The notes below the pieces were generated by a model. That model was not told where the DNA came from. It worked only from the letters and a program-made list of their open reading frames with translations, and did no database searches. This document shows, one piece after another, positions 39,221 through 53,688 of a stretch of DNA of 64,000 nt (positions are counted from its first letter, which is position 1; each line of letters starts with the position of its first letter). This DNA comes from Macrostomum lignano (taxonomy: Eukaryota): assembly GCA_002269645.1 (NCBI GenBank), contig NIVC01002932.1, positions 1 through 64,000 on the forward strand. The letters run 5' to 3'. A program made the translations under genes and the position numbers.

Positions 39221-41241
39221 TTAGGATTAAGCCTGTCGGTCTGTCGGAGCTATGAAAGCGCTCCGATATTTTCTGCAAACACGGAGACTGACAGCATCGA
39301 GTGAAGAGACATTTTTGCCGTATTCAACTTTTAAAAAAGTAAGGAAGACGGATCGAAAAATGAAGCAGATTAAACGGCTTAGCGCTAAGAGGAACTGCGA
39401 AGTCGGTGCAATATATGATTTTGCTTGTTATTGATTTGTATTCCTAGCCGAACTGCGCCTATCGAGGGAAAACCCATCGAAGAAAAATCACTAAGGTTAC
39501 AGGGTTTCACTTTCAGCACGCAGGATTGCAACCTAAAGCAAGTTAAAGACTAAAAGCAATTAGTTAAAGAGCACAGAAGCCATTATTTTAGCCATTGACC
39601 GCTAGTTAATCAGAAAAAGCGCGCAGCGATTGTCCGAATACAAACTCGGCCGCACTGCTCTGTCTGACAAACAATTCCACGAATTTGGGAAACAGAAATG
39701 AAACCAATAAAAACAGATTAAAAAAGACACCCAGACAAACGATTTTATGTGAAAAATAGTTGGTTAAAGGTAAAGAAGAAAATTCGCTAAGAATCCTTAG
39801 TAACAAGCTATGCTACGGGCATTAGTACAGTTTATTATTAATAAGAGATTGAGATTACCAGCCAAAGACCAAGTCTTACCTATTTAACGCTTGTCCGTTA
39901 AATATAAAAAAGTATAAACAATACAGAAAAATGACGTAGAAAGAAGAGGACAATAATGTGAAACAGGAAAGAAGAGGGGATTTTTCTTTGGAAAAAAACT
40001 TGCTAACTGCTCAACGCAGTCAATTTTCTTCAAGTACACCTTTGCTTGGGAGAAAAATATACGATTCTAATAGAGAATCCGAGCTGCAAGGGCGCAGTGA
40101 TCAGGGAGGCGCTCCCGTTACAAGGTCTTGTAGACATGAAATACACACACCGACTGCAATTCTCCCACAGGAATGGGAAGCCAGACCAATAAATCCTTAA
40201 TGATAATAATCATAAATCATAACTAATATTAATAGTAATAGCAATTACAGCACAAGAAAGTTGTCGTAGTAAAACTTTACATGAAAGAAGTGCGTTGTTG
40301 CTCTTGCCTGCCATGGGCCGGGTTGTTTTGAATGCAATTTTCCATTTTCTCACAATTAATATGATAATAATATATAAAAAGACAATATGGCATACACATA
40401 AATTACATTCGGCAAATAGATTAATAATAAATTGAGAAACACCGTATCTTTTAGACAATGACAGTTTAGCCTTGCTCGATATATGTATAGATTTGGTAAT
40501 GAAATGCTAAGCATTACATAAACTGATAAATAATTTAGAATTACTCATCAAACTAATGACTTGTTGGTATAGCAGATTCAGAGAAGAGCTATGCTTTAAA
40601 ATAAAGGATAGAATAGCTAAAATAGCAGGCAGTTAGCAACTAGCAAACTGACTCGGTGTAAGCTTCATCTGGCAGATGAAAGCGCAGCTAACTATGCAGA
40701 TATAAGAGGCTTAATACAAACACTGAAAACGAGCCACCACAGGAAGAGCCGAAATGTGCCAATTCGCTCCAGCAAAATAAAAGCACGAATCAATCAATGG
40801 CGGCACTAAAAAGCCCGTTAAACTTTTATTAGTATAATTTAGAATTAGTAATAGTTTAGAACACATTCGTTAATATTTACCGGTCAGGCATTATCAAAGC
40901 GATTAAACAAAAAATACCATGAAGCGATTGGGGCGGCAACACTAAGGACAGAGAGAGAAATACAAAATTGTGTGGGCGGCGAGTCCAGCCACTGAACAAC
41001 TGGCACATTATCTATGCACGCGTATGCTCTGAATTTGTAAGTAAAGCATCGAATTTAAAATGCATGACGGGGAGGGAGAGCGAGAGACAGACAGTGATTA
41101 GGCGTGGGGACAAATAAAAATCAGCTTTATTTTACTAGCTCAGCATGCGGAGTCTCGAATTCAATCTATGAAGGTGTCTGCGAATAAATATATAAATATA
41201 AGTTTGAAACGGAAGCAGTCAGACTTGACAGGTTGCCAAGG

Positions 41242-41337
41242 CTACTGCTGCTCGGTCATGTGACTGTTGAGAGCGCGAAGGCCGTAGAGTAGGCTGGCCT
41301 GCATCCTGGAGTCCATGATCACCAGGTTCACGTGCAC
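41242..41337 (-). CDS. SESN: Sestrin exon 5 (terminal)
   Basis: cag|GTG; VHVNLVIMDSRMQASLLYGLRAL matches the conserved sestrin C-terminus; TAG stop. Confidence 0.92.
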   Translation of the reverse strand: MHVNLVIMDSRMQASLLYGLRALNSHMTEQQ

Positions 41338-41467
41338 CTGGAGGATGGTGAGGGGATTTTATCAACCATGATTATAATTGTGCACGGGGTAAACGGCCGG
41401 AGTAGAAATTCGTGCATCTTCATAAGCAAATGCCTCGTTATCTAATTAGTGTAAAGGCAGTTCTTAC

Positions 41468-42091
41468 CTTTTCAGACTGCCTGAAGCCGGGCATGGCGCC
41501 CTTATAGTGGGCCTTAGTAACCTGGTCTGGACAGCAGGCCACCAACTTGCAGTACTTCTTCAGGTCGATGTTGAGCAGCTTGTTAATTAGTTGATAATCA
41601 TAGTCGTCGTGCCTGAGGCCGAATATGCTCAGTATATAGTACCAGATAGCCCGCCTGAATGGCGTGGTCTCTACGTCCTGATTGGGGCCCATTGTGCCGT
41701 AGGTGAGGCTGGAGCAGGCCTGGAAGCGCCGGTTCAGCTCCGTGCCAAAGGCTGGCAAGAAGCGGTCAATGAGGCAGCTGCCGTCCTCCTCCCAGGAGTA
41801 GTCCTGGATGCGGAAGCTGTGGCACTTGGTGTCCTGCTTAACCTGATGGAAGTCTTTGTACTCAAAGCTGGGATCGTCGCAGAAGTTGGCGAGCTCGGCG
41901 CAGACCTGCTCAACACTGCTGTCGCTTAGTTGCTCTTTAGAGGCGGCCTTGTGAAATCGAATACCGGCGGTCTCCTCTTCCATGGTTTCGAATCGTTCGA
42001 GCAGCTGGTCCTCGGGCAGGCCGGATTCGACTGTACCATCAATGCTCTTCATCGCCTCCATGAGGTCTAGCACTCGCTGCTTTGGGTCAGC
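41468..42091 (-). CDS. SESN: Sestrin exon 4
   Basis: cag|GCT...AAG|gtaag, 624 nt. FRIQDYSWEEDG, LTYGTM, FRRAIWYYI, HDDYDYQLINKLL, FRQSEK. Confidence 0.93.
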
Positions 42092-42760
42092 CTGGCAGGC
42101 GAGGGGAGGGTACGGGGATTAGGAATTAACGATTTTGATTAACTGCTTATCACATGCTTAACTCAATGATGCTAGCTAGATAGTTTCGAATTTGAATTCC
42201 TTTTAAAGCCTTTATTTGCTTGTTAGAGCACAGCTTCATGAAAAAAAGAAAGAAAAGTGCAAATCAAGATTGAATAGAAGGAAGGGAGGTCAAAGAGAGG
42301 ATGAAAGATAGGAAAAGGAATTAGGATTTGCATCTAGCATGAGGGAGAGAGTACGGCAGGGCCGAGGAGGAGGACAGACTGTACAGCGCAGGCAGTATGC
42401 AGAAGTGGAAAAAACCCGGGGATTTTCCACAAGCCTTTCACAGTCGGCATTTGCCGAGAGAAGCAGAGTGGGCATCGGAGCTTCTATCACTCACTCTTTA
42501 AGACGAGAAAGGGTGCATTGCGTAGGCGGTAAAGCAAACTAATATTATTAGCACACAAGCTGAACAGTTATGGCTACAGTTCGTAGCAGTTTTACGTTTT
42601 TCACTAAGTATTTAGGTCCAACATAAGTTGATATTATTTGCTTGTCCACAGCTAATTAGTTTACCATCAAGTTGTTTAGAAATGATCGACATTCTAAGCG
42701 AAATATTGACAAAGCTGTACAATAAAAGTTCATTTTCAAGTACTAATTACGGCTGCTCAC

Positions 42761-43192
42761 CCCAGGGCTAGACGGCGCCGGACTTGCCGGTACACCGCAG
42801 CTGCCGTTCATGCTGCCGCCGGCGCTTGCGTGCAGGCCGAACCGGTCTGCGCCGCTGTCAAACTGATAGGTGTGGCCGTGCGGAAAGTCCAGCTCCGGCC
42901 GGACCCCGGTGCCGGCCACGAAGCCGGACAGGGCGATGAAATGGGACAGCAGGCAGAGGGCGTGGACGAACTCGCTTTGAGAGTAGGAGTCTGGCCCGGA
43001 CAGCAGGCTGCGGAGCACGGCTGGGGTGACGTCCCACGGCCGGTGGGCCAGCAGGCGGCACAGTGGGCCCAACTTGCGCATCTTGGGCGAGGCGTGAGCG
43101 AGGCCGCGCAGCCACTCCGGATCGCCGGACAGGTGCAAAAATTCGATAGCGTGCAGGTGCACCAGGTAGGAGCAGCGGTGTCTCGCGGCGGC
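42761..43192 (-). CDS. SESN: Sestrin exon 3
   Basis: cag|GCC...GGG|gtgagc, 432 nt. AAARHRCSYLV, LAHRPW, SEFVHALCLLSHF. Confidence 0.93.
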
Positions 43193-43346
43193 CTGTTGAT
43201 AGTAAACATTAAGAAGTCAGCTGATCAAATAAATGTTTTAACAAATGATGAGCAAACCTACTATTTACTGCAGATAATAGCTTTAAGTTTCTATAAAACT
43301 GTATTCTATAATCATTGGAGAAAGGTCATGGGAACTGGGAACTCAC

Positions 43347-43754
43347 CATGATAGCCAGGTAGTGACGCTCGGCAACGCCAATAGGACCATTGCCTTGGAG
43401 CAGAGTATTGTGGAACTGCAAAAATATGGCCAGGTAGTCCGGGTGATAGGCCATAACGTGGAACATATTGCAGCACCTGTGCCATTCGTGGAACTGTTCC
43501 AGCAGAAGCGCCTGACTCCGCTCCACCTGCTCCTGGTCGAGCTCGTGAGCCGACAGGGCTACAAGGTTGCCAGCCGTCGATTCACCGGCGGCGCCGGCGT
43601 CCTCGTCGCCGTCGCCATTCAGCGTATTGTAATGGCGTCGCCGAGGCAACTGTTGCGGCTGCATAGTCGGATCGAGTGGCACCAGGTCGCATTGCTTGAT
43701 GAAGTTCGAAGCTCGATCGATGCGTGGCCTGGGCACTCGCATGTTCAACGAATC
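43347..43754 (-). CDS. SESN: Sestrin exon 2
   Basis: gtctttgcag|GAT...ATG|gtgagt, 408 nt. ASNFI, HPDYL, GPIGVAERHYLAIM. Confidence 0.85.
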
Positions 43755-46700
43755 CTGCAAAGACGGTGGAACAGCGGCATTGTCCACTGCGTCAGCTGAT
43801 GCCGCCTTGGCGCCATTAGCCAAGGGCTTGCCAAATTGTTCGCTATCTCTGCTACGTCTACGACGCAAGCTGTCCCGATACCGATCGGCCAGCATTCTGT
43901 AATACTCTGTATCCGCTCGGCTCCACTCTTTGTTACTAGCAGAGCTCCGTTTGCGCCCAACGTTGGCGCCTAAACTACTAGACAGACACATAGTGCAGGC
44001 AGTGCAGGCAGATTCAGTGGGCTTCTGTGGAGAACGCTTTCTTCGACTAGTCTGCCTTATAGGCATTGACTCGGTGGCTGCTTCTCTAGTCATTGGAAAA
44101 CTTTCTGAGAACCTTTGCAGGCAGACAACGCTTGATATAAAAAGTAAAGGTAATCTAGTCAATACACGATTGGGTTTTGAATCATGCAAACTTAGGGGAC
44201 AGCCCTTTAATAGGTTTCTGAAACAAGGGAGGTGAGGTGGGCGTTAAAGGTTGAAAGACTCAGGGCGCAAGGCCTTCAGCGGCATTGTTCTTGCATGACC
44301 CTACAGGCCTACAAGGCATAACACAACCAGAGAAATTTCATCAGCTATGGGGTTTATTGCGGGGAATTCCAGTGCGGGGTTGCCCAAGCCCAGGGCGCGA
44401 CCTTGAAGAGGGAAGGCGAGGAGCAACGCTATTGGCTGGGACAGGCAGTAAACAGGCCAGGGGGGTTGGGGGTGGTGAGTTAGAAAAGTTTAGAACTGAC
44501 GGCAAAGCATGCACGAAGCGAATGGTCTTGCGAATTTCAACTGACGCGACCTCTCAGTTTCAAAACCAAAGCCTTACTTTACCTCACTCGCCCACCTATG
44601 CTTGGCATTTTGTTTTTGTCAAATCTAATTCTCCATTATTAGCTAGACTACAGCTTCAATATGAATTTTATCATAGGTGATGACCTAATAATTGCTCGTA
44701 TTTGTACTTTGCAGACAAAAAACAACCCCAAGGCTCCAGTGGCGGCGGCTAGGGGAGGGGCGAGGACGACTGACAAGTTGAGAGTTGACATTGAAAGAAA
44801 AATGTTTGCATGAACCCAAGGACCAGAGGGGAACGAAGCAAGAGCTTGTTTTACACCCAAAATGCACTAGACTAGAGAGAGGGAGTACCTTAGCGTAGAA
44901 AATGGTAAGAACTGTTTTAGCCTTAACTGCGATTATACCTGTAATAATCAGTTATTGTAGTGCAACTGATCTAGTTTACCTCACCTGCAGACATGCTTGT
45001 ACTTTTAGTTGGAAATTTAGCACTTATTAAACTGGCTAACTTGACTTGACTTGACTGGCTAACTAAACAAAGCAAAGTAAACTTCCGAAGATAAAAAGAT
45101 ACGAATTGACAGACACATTAAAAAATAAGCAAATTGTTATCAGCTAATTCCAAAGCTAGGGACCAAAATATCTCAGAGACAGAAGTACTTTTGCATCACG
45201 CTTATACAAAATGAGCTGCGGAATTCAACTTCAGTAAATATTATTTTCAACTGCACTTATTTTCCATTTTCCATGTTAAGTAAGAACTGTACTTATTCAC
45301 TCTTGATAATAACAAACGTTTTTTGACCTACAGATGATTCATGAATTTGCACTCAAAATAACACAAGACAGGGCACACAGTGTAGTGGCATTTATTGCTT
45401 TACAATTATTTAATCATTTCTATTTCTTGCTCGAAAACAAAACTGAAGCCTCGACCTCGACCTTGAATCGTGTTTTAATGATGTTTACAGCCTATTTTTC
45501 AGCTATAATACTGTGTATATACGTACTATCATATGTATAGGATTTAGAATTTTTAACTCGAGGGTCAGTGGACCATCTCTCTTGACCCCCTCTGGATTTG
45601 ACATTGTAGCAATTCGTGACAAAACAACATTAGTGGATTTGTTTAGGATAGGAATAGCCTGGTGCTGGGATTATAGAATGGGGATAATCACTGTACATAA
45701 ACAGTGCACATCATGCTAGATGCATTCAGCTTCAATTAAACTAACAATTTTAGCCAACCCATCCTGTTCCTCTCCCGCTTTTTTAATCTCTTTAAGTTGA
45801 CGCAAGTATAAAAAAACAAAGTTACTGGCTCCGCTACTTGTACTTTTAATTCTCTATAAACAACATTATAGACTGTGCAAGCCGGCTTAGTTTATATTAT
45901 ACCTCTCTGCCCCAGCCAGGACTAAGCCTTCTATAATCTACAAACTTTCACTCCTACTGACTTTAGTTCAGTCAGCTTCCATAACTCTTAGTCCTAGCCC
46001 TAGTAGAGTCCTATATAGACCAGAAGTGTCTATTATAAGTTCTGATCCGACTCTGCCCTTACATAGCTGAAATAATTTACTCATTCTTCACTCCAGGGTC
46101 TAACCCCCTTCTCTCTCTCTACTCTTCGCTCTTAAAGCCTTTTTACCATAGGCATAAAGTTTCTTTTCCGTGGTACTACCGAGACGGAAATACAATGCCA
46201 AACCCTAGTCCCTACCCTAAGGCTGCATATGGTGTATATAGCTACATGTAAGCCTATATACAAACATAACACACAAAAGTACAGTGCAAACTAAAAATCC
46301 ATTAAAGAAAGGCAGACGGATTTGGCTAGTCGAGTCTAGCTAGCATCGAGTCGAGTCTAGTGGTGCATCAATATAGGAATAGAAAACGTGAACAGACAAA
46401 AGGCGATACAATGAATGTAGCTAACGAAAAATTCAAATGCTTAGTTAGCAGACAGGACTGACTAGAGGAGCTAGACTGACTATCTTAGGAAAACTTTCTT
46501 ATTTACTACTTTAGCTCGAAGTTCAACTTTAAAGAGACAACTCGTGTACAGATTTTAGAAAGTACAAATACATGCAATAATTTTCCACTGTATATAACGG
46601 AAATAACTAATTATTAATTTACTGCATTACTAGGGTAGGATATAATTCACCCCATCAAAGTTGTTGATTACTAAGTTAAATATAGCATAGCTAAAACGTC

Positions 46701-48102
46701 ACACAATATAGTGAGTTGTACCCAATTTTACTTGTACATATAGATAATATAATATGAGCTATAATACAGTAATTAATGTATGCAATAAAACAGCGAATTT
46801 AATTACGTCGGTTCACTTACTAGGTAATAGTTTGGTTGGATAATATAAATAATGATGATGGCACTGAGAGAGAATAGTAATAAACACTTGCGTATATAAG
46901 TAAAGTCTAGGGCAATGTATTTAGGCAACAGGGTACGTACGTAGGTTACACGTGGGGTAGAAGGTTGAACTTGAAATTCTGGATCTCACCACTATTAGAC
47001 TGCTGAAACACAGCTTAAGATAAATATTAAAGTGGTGAAACGTATAATAAGAAAAGGACATTTAATTAGCCGGGGGTGTGTCCGCGAGGGACCAATCAGC
47101 GCCCGAGTATGCACACTGTACGGCCTTCGGGTGTGGTCGCCCCACCAGTATTAAGTGCGTACGTGCATTTAGTGTTTTTGGAAAAAAAGACAGGCGGGCC
47201 AGGGAGGGGGTTGATGAGAACTTGACGGCCTTGAATAGTTTTGGGGCAAGGAAAGGCCAGGGGAGCCTGCTGTAGGAAATAAGACTGATTCTAAAAATAG
47301 CCACATTCATGAGCGAATAAAGCAAGGACCACACACAGGCATGACTAATCAGAGGAAAAGTCGAACCGAGCTAGGCCTCTGATTATTATTGCGCACAATT
47401 AGTGAAAAGTACAAATATAGGACGGAGGCTACGAAACAAAAACACGTATCATTACTCGCACCCGAGCCTTGTAAACAACATGCAGTTGCAGATCCAATCA
47501 AACTGAACTGAACGCAACAATATTGCAGTGAGGCCAGCAAGGAAGGCTTGGTGAAATAAGACTAAGACAAAAATGAAAGCCGTATACATGATAACCGTAA
47601 ACACTATAGATTTTCTTACCAAAAGTTTGGGACACGCCCCCCCACATAAAAAACTGGCACTCCCTACGCCTACCCTACGCCTATATATTAATTAAGGAAG
47701 GCCTGTAATTAAGTGAATAACAAATAAATTATTCGGCGCAAAATAATTAACAGATTGGGAAAAATAACATACAGTACCCAATAAACAGCTAAATCCGCTT
47801 TAACTCACGCTGTCGGCTGCCGCGGGGCACACAAGTTAAGCTCTTCTTTAAAGATTCAAAATCCATAACGCGTGAACTTGTTTAGGAACTACGAGCATGC
47901 AAAAGTGCCGTCACTTCGTGGCATGCTGATCACCTCGCCATCACCAACCGATTGATTGAACTAGCCTAACTCTCATGGGACAGCCGAATCACGAATGACA
48001 TTGCTTTAACTTCTGCGCCCCGCGTGACAGTGACAGCGTGCGCGAGTAAGGGGATTAGCTGTTCGCGAGTAAAGCCGAACAACATTAGCTTAAATTTTTT
48101 AC

Positions 48103-48435
48103 CTGGACAAAGTCGAGCAGCTCGCTTGCCTTCTCACGAGTGTCAGCCAGAGGCGCAGCCTTGGCAAGCCGCAACAATTCAGGCAGCTGTTCTTCAATGT
48201 TTCGCCTAAATGATGGATCTCCACCTGCGAGACTTAAACTGTCTAAGTACTGAGACTCGGTTTGAGTAGGCGGCGAACCAAGTCCATGGTACCACACTCG
48301 AAATGTGGTCTGGCACTGGGAAACAGTGTCTTGTCTAACATTTGGTTCCCTAGATGATAGACTCCGAAGCATTGAGATTGAGTCAACAGTCCTATCAATT
48401 GGCAAGGTTGATGGCTCCGTGTAGCTTTCTGCCAT
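48103..48435 (-). CDS. SESN: Probable sestrin exon 1 (N-terminal extension)
   Basis: ATG at 48435; ends FVQ|gtaaaa in phase 0, matching exon 2. LPELLRLAKAAPLADTREK resembles the LRLSxxCPFxDVRE segment of long invertebrate sestrins (recalled). Confidence 0.65.
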
Positions 48436-51400
48436 TGTATATTTTTATTAAAATTCCAATTTTCTGAAATAATATCAAAAGAATCTTATTTAAGAGTATA
48501 TTTTATAATGGTAAAAAGTTTTTATGCTTTGTCTTTATATAGTATATTTGAGTTGGCAGATATCTATAAGGAGACATACATTAAACCTAGCTAGCTAGTC
48601 CACTCAGCTTTGAATATGAGATATTCAGCTCATACTAAGCTATAAAATCCTATATAGTTTGAACTCACTCAAGAGAACAAATGTTAATCAAAATATCAAA
48701 AAGGAAAGCATATCTCTACATATAAAAATCAAAACTGTGTGTCTGTGTGTGGACAATTTTGATCGCTATGGACTCCCAAACTGCTCAAACAAATTACACC
48801 ATAATATATATATTATTGTTTACATCATTATGCTATTGCTATAATGATATTTCATATATTAGAATTGATTTTTAAAAGACAATCCATGTACTATCAATGA
48901 TTCAATGTATGATATCTAAATACTTTTAAATATAAATCTAAATATATAATTCTTAAAATTTATACTAACTTTTACTAACACTACCATTGTATATAATAGG
49001 CCAATATAGACATATATAATGCCAAGTTTATCAAGGACCTTTTAAATGCACTAGATTTTTGCATTTTATATGCAAAAAGATTGCAAAAAGATATGCAAAA
49101 AGATGCAAAAAGATATATGTACTAGATTTTTCTAGTGCATTTAGTGCCACATATACTCCTATACATTAGAATATATAACATGTTAAAATAGTTTATGAAA
49201 AAAACAGAAAGATTCTATCTATAATGTTGAAAATGAAAACTTACTATTATTTACTAAGTTGTTAGTTCTTTTTATTAAAAGTAACTATTTGCTAGTATTA
49301 TATTCTAAAAAAATATTTTCTTTATTTAGATAGTCTTATAAAATGACCCTAAGCTATACAATTAACTGATTTAATTTAGCAAAAAAAGAGCCATTGGCAT
49401 TTTTATAACTTTGTGAACACTAAATTAAAGATTTTAAACAATTTATAACTAATAATCATTATCTACTACTAGACTTATATGTATATGTGTCTAGTTAATT
49501 ATATGTATATAGGTCTATACTTAGATATACAAGTTTAAAGTTAATGATTATTTTTTAATATTTTTTGGGTAAGTGAAATTTTAATTGGATTTAGTTAGTT
49601 AACAAAACAATTATTTTTTTGCAATAAAGAAATCATATTAGGGCCTAACCCATTGGCCTATCTGTCCATGGTATAAGTTATAACCCTACTCCTAGGGTAG
49701 GCCCATATTACAAAAAGTTGGCCTACTAATCCCATCAGGACATTACCAAGGCCAGGACATTTACTTGTGGGGCTACATAACATAGTTCGGATCGTGCATT
49801 AGTGTATGCTGGAAAAAAATTACAAGACCTCATTTGTAGGCCTATGACTATGTCAGGTTTGTGCACAAATACAAAAAAATTGTCATTTGGCACAATGTAT
49901 CTGCTGTGTCATGTATGCCAGGATATATCCTGATGTACACTGAAAAATGGTAAGACCCTTGTTGTACGCCGGGAAATCCCAGCAAGCATGTTCCCCTTCC
50001 GAACTATGGGCTACATATCTGTAAATTAAATTACTTAAAACTCAAATTTAAATACTATGGGAATCATAGCTATAATAGTTTAGAATTAACAAATTACCTA
50101 AGTCAACTATGCCTAGGATATTAAGATAAGACTGGGCCTTAGAATAATCAACATCAGCATCAAAAAGTGTATGCCAGTCACAAATACGAAGGAAGGTAGA
50201 TTAAAAACAGTTTTATACACCGACGCACGTTCAGCACGTATCGTTCCTGTCATTGTTCTATAAGTTCGTCGAAGGTGTAGTTGAGTGGAGTCAACTGTAG
50301 CTAAATAACTGTCACTGTCAGACTGCAACACTTAACAGTTATAGGCTATAGCCATAGCCATTCTTACTCAAGTCTCGAGTTACTGTCATTGCTAAAAATA
50401 AAGAAGTTTCCACGAACGGACTTGAGAATATATTATTTAAACTATGAAATATTTATAGAACGATTGCAGTTTGGAAATAAAACAAATTATGATTTAGTTT
50501 TTGTGCCTTGTCTACTGTTTAACCGTAATTGCTTCTAGATAGTTTTTTTATAAATAGTTCTTTTTACTCCTAATTCTTTAATACGAACACCCACGATGCG
50601 AACTTACATCGTCTTTAGTGTGATTGCTTTTGAACAGTAGTTTATCAAACGATGGAAGTGCTGATAAGTATTAAAGAATTAAATTTACACTAAACACCAT
50701 AGCAACGTTTTAGGACTTTGGAAGTGAGATAACTCCAGTTGGGAGAGTCTAAAAGCCAAAAATCCGTTTATTTTTACATGTATTAGCCTTGTTGCAAATA
50801 AATCGAGCTATTTGATTCAAAAGTATTACGTCACAATACAAAACAAGCAAAGAAGTCATCATTCCCAACGCCATCTTTTATATTGACCCTGTTAAGTGTG
50901 GACGAACATGACTTAGGGTATTAAGATGCGAAGGTGGGTCTGCTTAGCAGTCTAGTGTATTGACTTTGAATAAAAACGAGAAACTTTTTAGTTTTTAAGC
51001 TTTGAAAGCTAGACTAAATGTACTAGCGCAACAGCAAATTTTAAGTGTGTCAAGTGTATATTTAGAATAAAAGTAACCGGTTTTGTTATATGCTCGTTCC
51101 CAGGTTTTTAGTGCAATCGCTGTTTATATATTTGCAGGAATATAAGTAGAGTAGAACGCATATAAACACAGTGAAATATTCAAGATACACAATTCGAACT
51201 AAAAGACATGACAATCAATAAAAACATGCAACACTTTTGGCAGTTGGATGAATTGTTTGTAGTGACTAAGAAAGTGATAGCAATCTATACGCGCATAGTT
51301 CAGAATTCAAAACCTCGGATATTGCAATTCTGAGATTTTTGTTGCCAAAACCGTGTAATGAAAATTCTATGCTGGTTTATGTAAATAGCCTAATAAATGA

Positions 51401-51599
51401 AAAGAATGACAAAAAATAACAGGATAACAGAAAGCATGGTAATGATCAGCAAATAGTAAGCATAGATAGAAAAACTGAACAGAAAAACAGAATTCAAATA
51501 GCAGATAAAAACAGCAAAAGAAAGTAACTAACGACAAATAAATGGTATTCACACAGTCACAGAGTCCAAAATGGATACCACGAGTGAGTTGAATTTCAG

Positions 51600-51741
51600 T
51601 TAAAGTAGGTCGAAAAAATAATCCAAGCCCTGGCCAATCTCCCAGATTGAAAGGCCGGTTCCAAGACTTTTGGCAAGTTCAACCCTGGCTTGAATAGAAG
51701 CCAAAGTAGGGTAAGCTAGTACGTGCGTACCGATGCCAGTG
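51600..51741 (-). CDS. CHID1: Chitinase domain-containing protein 1 (CHID1/SI-CLP), terminal exon
   Basis: tttcag|C; [37 protein letters not shown] matches the CHID1 C-terminus. Confidence 0.92.
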
Positions 51742-51904
51742 CTGAAAGTGGTAAGGCGTAGTTTTTAAGGTTTAATAGAGTAGAATCTTACATTTCGATA
51801 ATGGAGTGCATGGAAAATTGTTTACTTTCCATTTCTCTGTAGGCTAAATATATGTTTGAATGAAATACTCCTCCATATTGTGGACCTGCATGTGTGTCTC
51901 TGGA

Positions 51905-52270
51905 CTATTTCCTGTCTATGGTCAGCATTTCCTGTCTAAGGTCTGAATTTCCTGTCTAAGGTCTGCATTTCCTGTCTATGGACAATTTCCTGTCTATGGT
52001 CTGCATTTCCTGTCTATGGACAATTTCCTGTCTATGGTCTGCATTTCCTGTCTATGGTCAGCATTTCCTGTCTAAGGTCTGAATTTCCTGTCTATGGACA
52101 ATTTCCTGTCTATGGACAATTTCCTATCTATGGTCTGCATTTCCTGTTTATGGACAATTTCCTGTCTATGGTCTGCATTTCCTGTCTATGATCTGCATTT
52201 CCTGTCTATGGACAATTTCCTGTCTATGGTCTGCATTTCCTGTCTATGATCTGCGTTTCCTGTCTATGGG
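51905..52270. repeat. 18/20-bp repeat (ATTTCCTGTCTATGGACA / ATTTCCTGTCTATGGTCTGC) in the CHID1 intron
   Basis: Direct. Confidence 0.9.
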
Positions 52271-52468
52271 ACAGGATTTCCGGTCTATGGACTGAATTTT
52301 CTGTTTCTGGACTGAATTATGGACTGAGCTATCATAACTATAACTATTATCTATAGACGGGAGAGGGATAGATAATTTTGTCTCCCGTCCATAGACTGGC
52401 CAGGATGTTTGCCAATTAAAGCATCTATGTAGCAAACTGCTAGATAATAGAGAATGCAGTAAACTTAC

Positions 52469-52810
52469 GAATACTCTAAGAAGTGTTCCTTATACTCGGA
52501 GCTCCATTGCAATTCGGATCGGTGCTTTTTGAGTATCTCCAAGTACTTAGATCCAATCACCGGTTCAACATTGCCAGGCACAAAATCGTAGCCGAAGAAG
52601 TTAAGGCCCAGCAGGATTTTAGCCCGAAGCGGGCTAGCCGAATCCGGCACGAGGTTTTCAACGCAGAGCCGCATCCAAGTCACGGGAGCGTTGGGCGCCG
52701 CTTGGTTTAGGCCAGAGTTTTGGGCGAAATCGTACGTCATCAATGAGAAATAGTCAACCGAGGCGCTCAACGCGTCGAAGTCAGTCTTGGAGAATACAGT
52801 GGACGCTTGG
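52469..52810 (-). CDS. CHID1: CHID1 penultimate exon; upstream exons not found in the window
   Basis: tttacag|C...TC|gtaag, phase 2 at both ends. FSLMTYDF, PNAPVTW, KILLGLNFFG, EHFLEY. Confidence 0.92.
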
Positions 52811-53688
52811 CTGTAAATGTGTGTGAGGTTGACGTAATTCAATTGAGTTCAATGCTACACGAAAATCGTACACATTAAATTAGGTAAAAGTAAAAAATGC
52901 AGTACGATTCTTGGAACTCAATGACCGATGAGCAATGGCTATTAATCTCAAACTAATTTCGGTGTCACCGGGTCGTAAGAGTGATATTTTTTCTCCGATT
53001 AAAACGGTACCTAGGCCAAGAAGCGTCCCAGAGTCACCTTTGCGTCGCCCCAGAGTCGTTGAAGGTAACACATGTAAAATAGGAAAGAACAAAGAAGTGA
53101 CTCTAAGACGACTCTAAAACGAAGATGTGAGTAGTATACGTTTTTTTGACACAAAGCCGATTTCCTTATGGCGAAATACATAGTAAGTACAGGCCCAAAA
53201 AAATGGCAGAGTCCGAAATTTCATGTGCACGCAGTCTGAAATTCCATGTGCACGCAGTCTGAAATTCCAAGTGCACGCTAAATATCTTTTACGCAACGTG
53301 ATTATTCAGACGAATTGCATATCCACCTGTCCAAAATACAAGTAACCGATTCTAGCAATGGTGACACAAACACACTTCAAAGGATTCCATTCAAGACAAA
53401 TTTACTCCAAAGCTATTCACACATTTCAAGTGTTTTTGAAATATTGAAAACTTGTGAATATTATCACCCTTTTGAAGAAAGATAGTAAATGATCTATTCT
53501 TGAGTGCCTATAGAATTTTTGCACCAACTTGAGCAGATGGTTTACAGATACTATGTCAACAACTGCGTCAACATGCTTCTTCTTTATACTATATATATAT
53601 ACGAACACACTGACACAGAAAATATTAAATAACTTAAACCAAGTTTACATTATACTACTTGTTCAACTATACTTACATCTTAAGTGAA

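Noticed and set aside
43755-44189. Upstream part of ORF 43326-44189 as sestrin coding sequence
   Set aside because: A strong phase-0 acceptor at 43754 fits exon 1; the upstream part reads like open intron
47615-47640. CCAAAAGTTTGGGACAC resembling a Tc1 TIR
   Set aside because: No partner inverted end or TA duplication found
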